Of a DNA stretch of 64,000 nucleotides, positions 21,766-35,696 are shown piece after piece. The first letter of the stretch is position 1. Each line of letters opens with the position of its first letter. The translations under genes and the position numbers were made by a program. The notes beneath the pieces are model-generated. The model was not told where the DNA came from. It made no database searches and was given only the letters and a program-made list of their open reading frames with translations. This DNA comes from a virus (lineage: Duplodnaviria > Caudoviricetes), in IMG/VR virus record IMGVR_UViG_3300028581_000001, positions 896-64,895 of that record. The stretch is one strand, 5' to 3'.

Positions 21766-22383
21766 TTATTTATTATTAATAGATATTCAAATATAATCTT
21801 TGTATGCATTATGTTTAATCCAATAATCAATGCATGCCATTGTAGTTTTTTCTTTAAATTCATCAATATATTTTTGTACTATTTCTATTGCTTCATCACT
21901 TCAATGTGCGAACTCATGAAATGAGCATATAGTATTAGTTAAGTTTTTGGCCCATGAGAGTTGTTCTCAGGAAATCTCCGAACCATTTAGGCCACCATTA
22001 ACTCAACGTGCTTTCTTGAGCTCAATATATAATGTTATGTGTGAATTTAATGTTGGTATGTATATAACATAATCAGGAAATCATTTAGAAACTCATAGAG
22101 CTTTCTTCTTTGCCATCATGATTATTACTGATCTTGATCAAGATAATCAGGCTTCATTAGGAGTATGTGTAAATTCTATATTTGGATAATTTTCTCTTAT
22201 AAATTTAACAAGTAATTTTCAATGATCTGATTCTTTTAATTTTCTATACTCTTTATCTGTAAGTTCTTTTTTTGGTTTTAACTTTCTTCATTGTGTAATA
22301 TTTTTTATTCATAACTTATCAAAAATTTCTTTAGATTTTTTTTCTCAAAAAATTTCTTTAGTTTGTTTAAAGCTTAATCACAT
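21766..22383 (-). CDS. VRR-NUC family nuclease (putative resolvase)
   Basis: HTPNE, GVSKGFPD, YIELK, EQLSW. Confidence 0.85.
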
Positions 22384-22904
22384 TATGCAGTTTTAATTAA
22401 TGAATAAAGATTCTTTCTTGAATGTCATGTAAATACTGAAAGTAATGCACTATATTTAATTCAAAACATTCTTGCTATATCACATGGTCTTCTTCATTGA
22501 TTGAATAAATCTATAGCTTTTATAAAATCTTCTTCTTTATATTTAGCTTTAGAATGAGTATCTCATTTCTGAGTTCTTCATTTAATATCTCTATCACGAA
22601 CATTATCTGCATTTGTTCATAAAAAAAGATTATTAATATTATTATTAAATGGATTATCATCTATATGAAGTACATGTCTTGAATCTTTTTCTTCTAATCA
22701 TAAGAATAAATATGCAATAAGTCTTGATACTTTATGTGGATGACCTTTTCAATCATACCGAAGTACTACTCTTGGTTGAGTATATCATCATTCATTAGTA
22801 AATCATTGTGGAATATATATGTTTCATGTTCTATTATTTCTGATTCTTCAGAATGTAGATCATGAATAATTTTTACAAAAATCAAACTCTTTCCATTGTT
22901 CCAT
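22383..22904 (-). CDS. NUMOD4-HNH homing endonuclease with C-terminal HTH
   Basis: MEQWKE..GRIRN..KVSRLIA..HIDDNPFNN..NLFLGTNADN. Confidence 0.85.
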
Positions 22905-22982
22905 AAATAGTTAGTTAATAAATAAAAAATTAGTTGTAACTATAGTATATACATTTTTTTTTAAATGCAAAAGATTTTATAC

Positions 22983-23010
22983 AAAATCCCCTCGGAATAC
23001 GAAGGGATTA
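22983..23010 (-). terminator. Intrinsic terminator at the end of the late/lysis block
   Basis: AATCCC..GGGATT stem followed by TTTT on the minus strand. Confidence 0.55.
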
Positions 23011-23113
23011 TCTTTGTAGGCTGTTATATAGCGTACATTATGTTATAATTTGTCACGAATATTATTAATAATAATATTGTTTTAATTACCATATAGTAAG
23101 TTAAATAATAAAA

Positions 23114-23411
23114 TTAAATTAAATAATTTTTACTTCATTTTTTCATATTGCAAATATGACAAATAAAATGTATATTATCTAAAGTATGTTCTCATCAATT
23201 ATTTAAACTAATTTTATGATCCATATCAAAATTTATTAATTCTTTTTTACATATTTTTACTTGTAGATCTTCTTATTTTATCGTATTCATATTTTTGTTT
23301 TTTAAATTCTTCTGTATTTTTATAAATATTTATACATTCTTTAGAACAACAGAATACTCTATTGAAATTTGTTATAAATATTAATCAGCATAATTTACAA
23401 ATCTTTTCCAT
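23114..23411 (-). pseudogene. Frameshifted HNH endonuclease
   Basis: N-terminal zinc finger stops at 23247; HNH core (DHKISLNNGGEHTLDNIHFICHICN) continues in another frame. Confidence 0.7.
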
Positions 23412-23472
23412 ATAATATAATTAAATATTAATATTTAAATTATATATTTATTTTCAAAATGTCAATTTTACT

Positions 23473-23874
23473 TTAATCCTCGAAGTGTGCTAACTCAAGT
23501 GGAGCAAGATTTCTGATTCAATACTTTTTTGCTATTGCTATTAGCAAAGTATAGTTTCAGTTCCAACTAGGAGCTTTTACTTTTGGATCTTTATTTAAAT
23601 CGAAAACAATATCAATTGCTTTTCATTCCAAGTGTTTGCTTTGTATTGTCCGAGTAACTATCTTAGCTGTAGGATTAGCATATTGTACAGGTACTCATGC
23701 TTTCTTAAGAGTTACTACTGATCTTCATTTACCAAATAGTTCATATTGTCTTTGAAGAGTTCTTCTTCATTCAAATATAAAGCAATCTAATCATGCTGCT
23801 CTTATTTCTTTCCACATATTCTCTACCTTTGTTTTGAATACTTGATCTAATGTAGCTGTTGAATTATCAATCAT
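23473..23874 (-). CDS. Endolysin, M15C L-Ala-D-Glu peptidase
   Basis: EGRRTLQRQYEL, KIVT(CGG)TIQSKH..GKAID, AHFE. Confidence 0.9.
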
Positions 23875-23880
23875 AGTATT

Positions 23881-25515
23881 TTAGTTAACGATTAATTTAG
23901 ATTCTCATCAATATGAAATATGAACTGCAGTACTAAATGCTTCACATACAAATAAATGTGTTCATACTCATATAGTATTATTAGTAGTTCATCAATTTAT
24001 TTTAGTTCATCCAAGAGAATATATATTAGATAGTGTTGAGCTATTATATATTGTTCACGCATTTATTGTTATGTCTCATCAAGAATTATTATTAATAACA
24101 AATGAATATGTTTCTCATGGAACAAGTCTATAGAAATCTAAATGGAATACTCATCATGCTGTTACTGACATTCAATTAGTTATATTTTTATATTGTTTAG
24201 ATCAAAAGTATGCATCAAATTTTAATCAATCTCATCATGCTAATATTATTTCTGCATAAGGAAATGATACATTTGATTTAAATGCAACTGGTTTATTAAA
24301 TACATTTGCATTTTTGAATTCATTTGTGTCTCATTCTAGATATGCAGGTTTACCTGTAAAAGTTACTCATCATGTCTCATCAACAAATAAATTATCTGTT
24401 AATGTTTCTCATCCAATTGAAGTATATGAAATTGTTCATCAATCTACATATGTTCATGTAGCTTCTTGTTCCATATATATTTCATCTGCATCTGTATATT
24501 TTTTAATACTAGATTCTCAATATAATGTATAGTATCAAGATGATTCAGTTATTGTTACTGTTTGATCTATATCACTAAATGTTTTAGTAGAAGTTCATAT
24601 AGGTTTAATATCTGCTATTGTTTGTCAATTTAATCATGGATTTCATATGTCTCATGGATTTCATTGTTGACCCTTAAGAGATTGTGTTGTTATAAGATTA
24701 GTCCAAGCTATATCTGTTATAAGTTTCCATTGAATCCAAGTGCCAGATTGATCAACTTGCATTTCAATTTCAGCTCAATCAGCTCAAGTTATTTCTGCTA
24801 CTGTATATAGATTGGCCCATTCAGATCATTCTGCATCTACTTTCCATTGAATTTGTCATCATGAATTTCTAAGTATCAATTGATCTCATTGAGGTCATTG
24901 AATTCATTCATCTCAAGTTTCTCATTGTATTCATTGTGTTCATACTGAATATGTGTTCATCTTAGTTATATTTTGTATAGAAGGTCATGACATTGTTACT
25001 ACTGCTATTCTATAAAGAGTTGGTAGAATATCAGTACTAATAAAATAATCATAGTCTTTTATATAAATATAATTAGTTGCTCATGATATCAATGTTTTAT
25101 TTGGTAATCATGATGATGTATCAAGATCATCTATAACTACATAGTTACTTGATATAAAAAAGTTTCATCATTTAACTATAAGATCAGTTGCACTTTTTTT
25201 GAATGTATAGGTTTGTTCTTGTGATTGACCTATACAATAATTAAGATAATCAATTGAATTGCTCAATACAACTCTAGCATTATCTAAATGTAACTGTGCT
25301 ACATCTCTGTTTACTCAATAAACATATGCTATATTTCAAACAACCCTGTGATGAAATATGCTTTCTTGTGTAACTAATCACGGATCGATTAAAAGAAATC
25401 ACATTTGACTACTAGGTGGAGATGATAGATAAACTGCTATCTCTCATGTAGTTTCATTTCACATTGGTTCTGTGAGTGATGATTCGAAATTTCTTTTTAA
25501 AGTTATATTAGCCAT
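23881..25515 (-). CDS. Tail fibre protein with collagen-like repeats (544 aa)
   Basis: GTQGIQGETGDEGIQGPQG and IQWK-type fibre repeats. Confidence 0.75.
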
Positions 25516-25536
25516 AGTATTATTAATTATAAAATA

Positions 25537-26385
25537 TTATTTTGTTATTATTCAATGACTTCCTATACTATCTATTTCATAATGGTATCATATAGTAGAT
25601 ACTCATAAAACTCCAGTATAAGTATCGTTTATATTTGCTCAATCTCTAAAAAATCTTCAATGGAATTGTGAGCCTAATTCTTCTGGAACTGGAATATTTG
25701 CAAAAGCCACTGAATGTTTAGCCCAAGCCGTTCATCTTGTTGCGAATTCATTATATATAGTAGTACTCGTGGTAACTGCGACACCTTCTTGAGTAAAAAA
25801 ATATTCTAATCAAAGTCTAACCACTCAAACATTTGTTGTTGTAGGATAAGTATGAGCATGAAAAGATAAAACTACAGAGGTTTCTCAAACTGCATTTAAT
25901 TTTGCTTTATGTGGTATTTCTCTACAAAATTCTACTACGTCTAATTGACTTGCACTAAATCAAGCTATATGAGTAGTAGTACTTGCAAATGTTGTTAAAG
26001 CAGGTAAATTTCATCATCAAGTTAAGATTGTAGGGTCTACATTATCATCCTCCCAAACTGTTGCTCATCATTCAAATTTAAGAGTTCAATCAGATTCAAA
26101 TTCTGTATAATCTCATCAAACTACATCTCAAAGTTTATTATTCCATTCAGTATCATAATCAGTTAAAGATGTTTTTATTAAAATAAATCAGATAGCTCAA
26201 CCAGATGAAACTCATGGTCATGTTGGTCAAGTTGGTCAAGTTGGTCAAATGAAATCTCAGATAGTTCAAGTATCATCTTTATAATTAAGTTTTTTAGTAA
26301 CCCAATCTACGAACATATTTATGTATCCAGATGATGGAGTTGGTACTAATGTTGGGTCTACTGTTTTTTGCTTCCAGAATGACAT
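25537..26385 (-). CDS. Virion structural/fibre protein (282 aa)
   Basis: GPTGPTGPTGPG; FESDGTLKFEGGATVWED. Confidence 0.65.
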
Positions 26386-26396
26386 AGTTATTTCGG

Positions 26397-26753
26397 TTAA
26401 AGAATAGTTATAGTTCAATCATTAATTATTATTCAATCATTAACTAATGGATTTGATACTATATAGTTTTCATATTGATTTATTTGTAGTGTTTCAGTTG
26501 ATCATATATAGTCTTTTGGATAATATCTTATTTCAGGAACTATATATAATGTATCAAAATATGTTTTAAGTAATGCTTTAATATTAGCCCATGAAATCTT
26601 TGAAAGTAATCAAGACGAATTTTCTATTACAGATATTTCGTCTGCATTATCTAATGAAGTCTTAGTTCATCATGATCATATTATTGATGATGATGAACTA
26701 AGGTCTTCAACTGATTCTAAGTCTCATGTATATTTATTAAGTTCAAATCACAT
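26397..26753 (-). CDS. Small tail-associated protein (118 aa)
   Basis: KISWANIKALLKTYFD fibre-type motif. Confidence 0.6.
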
Positions 26754-26774
26754 ATTATATTTTAATTATCTTTA

Positions 26775-28805
26775 TTATAAAGTTAATCATGCTTATGTAT
26801 TAATATTACCATTGGTATTTATATTAGTACCAGAATTTATTTTACCTTTATTTTTATCTGCTAGTTTCTTTCTAAAAAATTCAGCTTCATTATTATTCAT
26901 TGGTTTTGTAACTGGATTCTTTCAAGAATCTAATTCCCATTTAACTAAATTTCAATCTTTCATTCAATATATTACATTATTAATCATCATAATGTTTCTA
27001 TATTTATATCTATTATCTGCATTTTTAGCATTAGATGATTCTCATTTTTGAAGTAATGTTAATAAGTCTTCTACTTTAGATCATCTCATTTTAAAATCCT
27101 GAATATTTTTAACTACATCTGGAATATTTTTTCCTAGTTCTATTTCTGAGCTATCATTGTATTTATATTTTTTATTTCATAAAAATTCTATTTTTCATCA
27201 TCATGGATATATAACAGTTCACTTCTCATTTGGATGTTCATTAAAATAATCTGCAGCTAATTTAGCATTTTCATTATTAGTAAACTTAATTCAATTCTTA
27301 GCATGTTGTACTGCAGTATTAATATCTACTACTGGAGATACTCATGAATTATTTGTTAGTGCTGTTTGTGATTTAGTAGTTGAAGTTGTAGTATTTCATG
27401 TTGATGTTATTTTTGGTGTAGGTGTAGGAGTAGGAGTAGGTGTACTTCATTGTCATGAATTCTGATCGGTTACTGGTGCTACATATCATCAAGTAACTCA
27501 TCATGAAGCCTGTATTCTTCATGTGTCTAATCAAAACCATTCCTTCTTTTCTGTTCTAGCAGTTGAAAATCATTGTACTGCAGATCTTAATTCTCAATAA
27601 GTTGGCCATTTAGTTTTCCGATCTGGATTGCTAACTTTAAAATCTGACCAATCTTTAGCGATCTCAGGATTCTTTCTTATAAAGAATTGATCTTTATCAG
27701 TAACTGGATTCTTCCATTCCTCTGAATTCTTTGCATCCATAGCTGCAAAGTTAGCATCTTGAACTGATTGATCTAAGAATGTCTTTTGAACTCATGCTAA
27801 CATTTCTGCTATCTGCCTATTCATTTCTTTATTAGAAAGTCATTTAGCTTTAATAGCTTCAATTCTATTCTGAACAAGTTTATAATCTTCTGCTTTCATT
27901 ACATTAGCATATGTTTGTATTGCTGCAAGATTATCTTTATTAGCCTGATCCATATCTTTATCTAAAGCTATGTTCTGAGTTAATGCATCTGCAGCAGCTT
28001 TAGCTTCTGAGGTGATATATGCATTTCTATCATTAATATCTTCAGCTTCTAATACATCTCATCATTTCATTGAAGCATCTCATCTTTTTCATTTTGATTT
28101 TGCTATTCATAATGAAGCATTATATGTTTGTAATTGTTGATTTTTTAATACATCTGTTCTTCTTGCTTCAATATCTTTTTGTCTAGATTGAAAATCTAAA
28201 TAAGCCTGTTTTTTAATTTCTTCTGCTTCACTTAATGTTTGTGTTTTAGATTTTTCTAAAATCTCATTAATCTGATTTGATGTTTCAGCTGCTACTACTC
28301 AATCCTTTGCTACTTGATCTTCATAAAATTTTCTCATTTGATCAATAGCATCCTGCATATTTTTTGTATATGGATTATTTTTAGTATTAACTGTTGATGT
28401 TGTTTCATTAATAGTTGGAGTACTCATATCATCATATGTTGCATTAGGCTTTCCAGATAATGTAGATCAATTAGATGTAGTAGTATTTGTATTAACAGGT
28501 GGAGTATTAATATTTGATTTATTAGTAGTAGATCATGTTCATGTATTTATCTGTGGTATTACTGCAGGTTTAACTACTGTATTTTCATTTATTGGTTTTA
28601 TTGTGTTATTAACAATCCCACTATTTCATATAGTTGGTAATGTTGTTTTTGGAACTGTATATGATGATTTTAATTTATCATATACTCATGCTGTCTGTAG
28701 GGTTCATTTAACTTGTGCAACTGCATCTGCCCTGCTCATTCATCAATCTGTAAGTTTCTTTATCTGAGCTTTCAGTATAGCTTCTTGCTCTGTTGTAATA
28801 GCCAT
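26775..28805 (-). CDS. Putative internal virion (ejection) protein (676 aa)
   Basis: Thr/Pro-rich linkers and a long Ala/Gln coiled coil; follows tail genes. Confidence 0.55.
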
Positions 28806-28823
28806 ATAAAGTATAGTTAAATA

Positions 28824-30737
28824 TTAATTAATTATTTTTCTATTTAAAGGATTCAAATCTAAATTCGATGGAAGTTTATATTCTCATGTACCATGAGACT
28901 GTTGTAATTCTTGTAGTCTCTTCATTAATAAATCATTATCAAATTTATTTAATCATAAGATTTCAGATAATGTTTTTAATCACATAGGTCATTGAGCAAC
29001 ATATTGTCTTCATGTTGGAGATGTTTTTAGCATTTCAATTAATTGACGAGTAGGATGATAAAAATCATCAGCAGCAGGAAGCATATCATCTTCACTATAT
29101 GACCATTCATATGGTATAACAAAATTTACCTTATTTGTTCATAATCAACTTTTAGTATATCATGTTTCAGTATCATTTTGTCATTTATCGAAATTATCCT
29201 GAGCAGTTCTTGTTACTTCTGTATTAAGAATAAATTGTTCTCAATCTTTATTCTGAACTATAAGATCTCAATTCTGATATTTTCAAATAATATCTAATCA
29301 TTTAGGAACATTTTTTGTTGTTATAGGATTAGATAATTCATTTTCCATATATTGATCTTTATACTTAGCTCTATTAGATTCATCATTCTTAGCTAACGTA
29401 TATCTTCTATCTCATATATTAAATACTAAATTTCAACTATCATCAAATCATTGTACATCTGCTCACTCTGGAATATAATTTTCTTCAGCATACTTAGATA
29501 ACTCATCTTTTCAAACCTTAGGGAAAGTAACTGGTTTTCAGTTCATTCTAGTTTGAATATTTTTCTTATCATTTAGAGTAACTGTAAAATCTTTTCATTC
29601 TACATATCAAGTAGAGTTTTGTATATTCTTTTTATTATTTGGAATAACAGTTCATGTATCTGATGACTTATTGGGATTATTAAGTTTATTTTCTATATCC
29701 TTAGCTTCATTAATTATATCATCCTGTCATTCATCAATTGATATTCATGATGTATCTGTAGATAAATATTCATCTTGAGATCATGTGTATTCATATTCAT
29801 CAGGTTGTGCTCATGCTACTCATAATCATATTCATAATTTTGTAGCAGGTCATGCAGCTTTTTTTACTCATGATTTAACTCAATCATTCAAAGCTTTTCT
29901 AGCTGCTTGAAACTTAGCCCATAGTCATGGACTGTTTTTTGCAACTTCTTCAGCAACATTTGGATCTTTCTTAATTGCTATTGCTAATTTATCATAAAAT
30001 AATATTTCTTCATTTGTTAATTTTAATCATGAATCAAGTCATTTTTTAATTGTATCTTTTAAAGTTCATTGAGCTTCTTCAGTAAATTTTCATAAAGTTT
30101 CATTAATCATTTTAACACGATCATCTTTTCATGCAGCTCATTTAGCTATAGCTTTATATTCTGGACTTTTTACTAAATTAGAAATAGCATCTTTTATTTC
30201 TGATGCTTCCTTTCATCATTGTTTTAATGCAACTGCTGCACCCTTTGATAAATTAATAGTTTCATCAGCTCATTTTCAGAATCTTAATAAATTCTTTCAA
30301 GCTTTTAATAATTTAGCTCATCAGAATCATGGAGAAAATACTTCTCATGCAAATCATAATGTATCTAAAGTTCATTTTCATATTCATGTATTTCACCATT
30401 TACTATTAATCCAATCATTTGCAGGATCATCTAGGTATTCATTTTCTGCTGCTTGTATTTCATCAAGTATTCATGGTTTATCCATAAAACTTGTTCACTT
30501 AAGATTATCAGCTCAAAAAGTATTTCATATTCATGCTCAAATTCATGTAATTGCATCTGTTCAATATGCTCATATTTCTCATAATGCTGAAGCAGTATTA
30601 ACTGCTCACTTAGTTAATCATTTTGCTACTTTTTCTACACCCTCTGCGGCAAACTCTCAAAAATCTTTAAGCCAGTCTCCTGCTCATTCTAATCATATTT
30701 GTGTTCATGCACTGAACTGATCTGAAACTTTTCCCAT
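28824..30737 (-). CDS. Putative internal virion (ejection) protein (637 aa)
   Basis: Gly/Ala-rich amphipathic N-terminal half. Confidence 0.55.
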
Positions 30738-30763
30738 AGTATTTAAAAATAATAAAATAAAAA

Positions 30764-32566
30764 TTAATTGTTACAATTTATCTCATTGATAAAAGGTTTG
30801 GTAAAATCTGTAAAGACATAGCTAGGTCATATACAGAATCTATTAAAACTATTATATTTAAATCTTATAAATCTTCAAGTTTTTAATATAGTAGTTTGTA
30901 AACTTACAACATTTCAATCATATTCAGATACTTCATATACTCAAGTATCATATCATATTAATTCATCTCATGTTATAGATTCATTTAATCTAAGATCAAA
31001 ATTATAATTATTAAGTCTTCTTTGCATAACTGTTCTCTTTCATCACATATCAAAATCAATTGAAAGATTAACATCTATTTCTGGCATTGGTTCTTCAAAT
31101 TGTTTTATTCAGAACATAGTACGCATAGCAATAGGCATATACATTTTTTGTCCTCATATAATATAGAAATTTACTTCTTGTTTATATGGTACATCTAAAT
31201 CTGTATATGCTGTATTTGTTTCTTTTAATATTCATCAGTCAGTTAATACATCTCATCAATCTTCTATTTTATATATAAGTTGATTTGGATATTCATTTAT
31301 GATCCAATGTTGATATTGTTTATTGAATTGATAATTTGTAGTACTTCAATCTTTTTGATAAAGAAAATTTAAATAATTTTGTGAAGCAGTAAGATAAAAT
31401 TCTCATCATGATAATGCATCAAATATTCATCTAGTATTAAGTAATGCATTCTTTACATTTAATTCATATGTTGTAAGATTAACTTTCTTTACATCAACTT
31501 GCATTAATTGTTTATCTTTTTGTAATATATATATTGTTTGATCTGAAAATATTGTAGAATATTTAGATAAAGTATCTCAATTATAATTTAAATTATATTG
31601 AATATATGTGTTATAAGTTTTATCAGTATCTGGAACTGCTGCATATATTTTATTTTGATTAGCAAATACTAATAATGAATCTCATATAGCAAATAATTGT
31701 GTTCAATTATCTATTTTAAAAAAATTATTTTTATAAAAATTAGAATTTGTATATGCATATGCTTTTGTAAAATATGTAAAATATTTTGTAATAGCAAATA
31801 TATTTGTATCATAATTTACTATATCAATTATTTCGTGTTCTGTATCAGTTTTAATTATATGTACTTCTCATTCATTAATTCAATCTACCATTACTTCAGA
31901 TATTACTCAATGTCAACTAGAATTAGTATGTCATATACATAATGTATATCATATAGAAGTTGTAGCTGCAGGATATATTGTAGCAGTTACTCATACTACT
32001 GGAAATGTTGCTAAATCATTTGTTACTATATGAACATATCATAATGGATCTATGATATCAATCTTTGTTGTAAATCAAGATAAATCTCATGTTGTAAACA
32101 TTATATAATCTCATACTGCTAATGAAGTTCATGTATACTTAAATGTAATATCTCAATTAAGTGATGTTGATTCTGTTATTGTTATTGTTCATCATGTAGG
32201 TCAATTTGGTCATCTTCAATATACTATTCTTTTTGGAGAATTTGCTGATAATATAAATCAATATGGAGTAATGCATTCCCATGAATTATTTTCATATGTA
32301 CCTATATATCATTTAGTTACTGCAGGATCTCATGACGTTTCTGTATAATAATAATAATATACTATACCACCAATTTCTTTAGAGTCAAGAAAGCATTTAT
32401 ATTCATCTAAATATTTTTCTACGAGTCAATCTCTTTTATCAAGATAAAATTCACCTGAATAAAAACCATCTATATCATATGGTGGTGGAACAACTTTACA
32501 GTTTATTATTTTTTCATAAGTTTGATTCAGCTGTCACGCTGTCATTTCATAAGGTAGTATTTCCAT
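30764..32566 (-). CDS. Putative tail nozzle/stabilisation protein (600 aa)
   Basis: Beta-rich composition; size and synteny like P22 gp10 / T7 gp12 (inference). Confidence 0.55.
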
Positions 32567-32567
32567 A

Positions 32568-33179
32568 TTACATATTTAAGTGATACATATCTGTTAATCA
32601 ATCTTCCTCTGATAGTTTATTAAAGCGAGTCATAGCATGACTAAAGAAGTCTGATGTTGCTGATTCTCAACTCATTAGATTAATTGGTGCTGCCCAATCC
32701 ATCATCATTTTAATTACTGCAGGAATATATCTATTTGGTAATTGTATTGCTTTATTAAAATCCTGTGGATATGAAGCCCATTCATAATCCATTGTATAAA
32801 GTACATCTATTCTAACTATATCTGTACTTGTAAGTATTTCACTATTTCATGTTGTGAATTGACACCATTGATTACATACATCTTTAGGAATGAATAATGT
32901 TGGAACAAGTTCTATTGAAGATCAACTTGCAAGATATCCTATACATTCTTGAACTTTTCTAATTGAATTAGAAGTTATAAATTTATTCTTAGTTCAATTT
33001 AATACTCATACTATATCTTTATCTATCTTATATGTAAATGTAGATTGATCTATATTGTATGCATCTTGTATTGCACAATTCGCATAAAATAAAATTCTAT
33101 CTGCAGAAGCTAATGCATCTCATCATCTAGATAGAAAGTATGGTTGTACATGTGAAACTAATGCTGAATAAGTTATCAT
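32568..33179 (-). CDS. Putative head-tail adaptor (203 aa)
   Basis: Follows the capsid gene; IQLPNRYIPAV motif. Confidence 0.5.
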
Positions 33180-33237
33180 ATTATTATGTTAAAATATAAT
33201 TTATTTAATTATATATAAACTATAAATAATTACAAAT

Positions 33238-33270
33238 AAAAAAGAGTACCAATTTAATTGATACTCTTTA
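33238..33270 (-). terminator. Terminator after capsid gene
   Basis: AAAGAGTA..TACTCTTT stem with T-run on the minus strand. Confidence 0.6.
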
Positions 33271-33283
33271 ATATTTTTAACTA

Positions 33284-34633
33284 TTAAAAGTTGTCTATTC
33301 TAACATATGTATTTTCGTAAGTTTGACCTGCGAATATATTAGCAATAGTCATCTGAGCTGTATACTTAACATAGTCTACTGATGTTTGTGGCATCTTAAG
33401 AACTGTATATCCAGTACCAGAAGTTTTTACTAGTGCACCTGCATCAGTTACTGATTGATATTCTGGAGTTCTGAAAGTAACTAAATGTTTTGGGAAACCG
33501 AAAGCTTTTGAAGCATTAGGATATAGAGTATTTAGAGTATGAGATACAATCCATTTAACATTTTTGAAATATGGAGAACTATATTCAGTTATTCCAAAAT
33601 CAATTGTCTTTTCTTGAAGTGTAAAAAAGTTACTCATATCATACATAATCTCAGAAAGATTAGTAATGAACTCATAGTTACAATAAAATGTAGGAACTTC
33701 AGATCAAGTATAAACTGGAGCTGAACACATTCTATTAATAACTTCTACTAGTTTCTTAGCCTTAGCTTTACCTGCAACAACTCATGTAAAATCAATTATT
33801 GCTGTACCAAGATTACCTTCTCTAGCTTCCTTCTCTTCAATCAAAGTATTAAGACCTTGAGTTTCTGATTTAGGTCCAGAAATATTTCTACCAATATACC
33901 ATGCTTTTGCGAAAGCGTTGTTAGATCTATTAATAACTATAGCAAATTTAGATTTAATATATTCCTGTGCATCAACGAATAGTCTAGTTTGATTGATTTC
34001 TTGAGAATCAAATTCCATTGATCAACCAAATTTTTGGAAATATACTTTAACTGGAGTGTAATCTGAATCAACTCAACCTCTAGTGATCTCAGTACCATGA
34101 ATAATCTGATTATATGCAAACATTACATAGTCATCAGTAAGACAAGTTACTGCAGAATCTAGAGTTACTACTGTTGGATTTCATAGATTTGGAGTAATAA
34201 CAGTTATTACTCTTTGCTGATCAGTTGTTACTGAACCAATTCATGGTTTAATAACTACAACGTCACCTACTGCAAGATATTTAGCTGTAGCTTCTGAAAC
34301 TAATATAGTAGTATCTGCAGTATTATCTGCTGTGATAATAGCTTTATCAGTAAAAGCTTGAGCTTCATTCCATACAACTTCGTTCTTGTTGATAGTCATA
34401 TCAGTTTCAAGAGCACCAATTGATTTAAAGTTTAGAGCTTTTTGTTCCATATAAGTAAGGCCACCTCTTTTAAGTTTACCTCAATCCTTATATACATTTG
34501 GTAGGTAAAGACCTACATACATTAGTTCAGGGAAATCTCTTATCCAAGAGTTCATAACCTGAAGACCTTTTGCTGTAACATTATCTAATATAGATTGAGC
34601 ATCTGTTACAGTAGTTTGTACTGCGTTTGACAT
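33284..34633 (-). CDS. Major capsid protein (449 aa)
   Basis: Three track ORFs join in frame via TGA; follows portal and scaffold; low TGA use; TAA TAG then terminator. Confidence 0.75.
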
Positions 34634-34664
34634 AGTTTAATTTTTTAATTATAATTTAAAGTTT

Positions 34665-35348
34665 TTAAAGAGTTAAGAAGTTATCTTCCTCTAACTCTTT
34701 GGATTTCAGATTTGGATTTGAAGATGTGTTGTAAGATTCAGCTGCTGCTAGAATATCTGCCTGACTATCTACTTTCTTTTGATCGTAATCCTCTCATGTG
34801 ATTCAAGATAGCATATCTTTTAATATGGATACTACTTTGGTCTTTGATTTTTCATCTCAAGACTGTGCTTTTTCTAGATTCCTAGATAGCATTAACATTT
34901 GTGGATTAGAAAATTCTCATCAGAATGCTTCAAGTTCAGCATTTTTAAACATAAGATCAGATTTTTCTCATGCCATTTTCTTAAGTTGATCTCACATTCT
35001 CTTAAGTCAATCCTTAAGAGTAGCATTCTCATCTTTTAAAATAGCAATATCTTCTGCTGACGCAGTTCATGTTTTTTCTATGTTTTCAATAGCATCATTT
35101 GATTTGTCTAATGAATCATTAGATTCATCTATATCAGCAAATAATTCTGATAAATCAAATTCTTCTCAATCACTTTCTTCTGTTGTCGTATCTTCTACAG
35201 TTTCAGAAGTAGTTTCTTCACCTGTAATTTCTTCAGCTGTAGATTCAGTATCGGTTTCTTCTTCATCTGCTTCTGGTAATGATATATCAAGCTCTGTATT
35301 ATCTTGATCCATAGTTTCCTCTTCAGGAGGTAGTGTAAAATCATCCAT
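34665..35348 (-). CDS. Scaffolding protein (227 aa)
   Basis: Very acidic N-terminus plus coiled coil; directly upstream of capsid gene. Confidence 0.7.
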
Positions 35349-35350
35349 AT

Positions 35351-35686
35351 TTATTTTATGTTTAAATTATAAAGTTCATTAATATAATCTTTTACAGATT
35401 GGCAGAAATCAAGTAAACCTTTCATTTCTCTAATAGCTGTTGTGTTGTTTGCTTCGGCATGTCTCGCAACCTCTCACCAATAGTAAGACATTAGAGTCTT
35501 AAGTAATTGATCTAAATCGGATAGCGACTTATCTTTTAAGAATAGATTAAGCGTTTCGTATTCTCAAACTTTGTTGATTCATGGAAACATTTGTCTAATT
35601 AATGTTTCACGTTCTCAAAGATTATATTTATTATAATATAGTTTGTCAACAAAATTTTTCAAATATCTAATTATTGTAATTATCAT
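35351..35686 (-). CDS. Hypothetical protein (111 aa)
   Basis: Between portal and scaffold. Confidence 0.6.
35621..35649 (-). promoter_or_regulatory. Perfect sigma70 consensus TTGACA-N17-TATAAT
   Basis: Upstream of scaffold and capsid genes. Confidence 0.65.
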
Positions 35687-35696
35687 ATATTTTTAA

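Noticed and set aside
22971-23022. A further hairpin element copy (TTTTATAC ... CTTTGTAGGC)
   Set aside because: Spacing is ~30 nt, there is no stem around the loop, and a terminator-like hairpin intervenes
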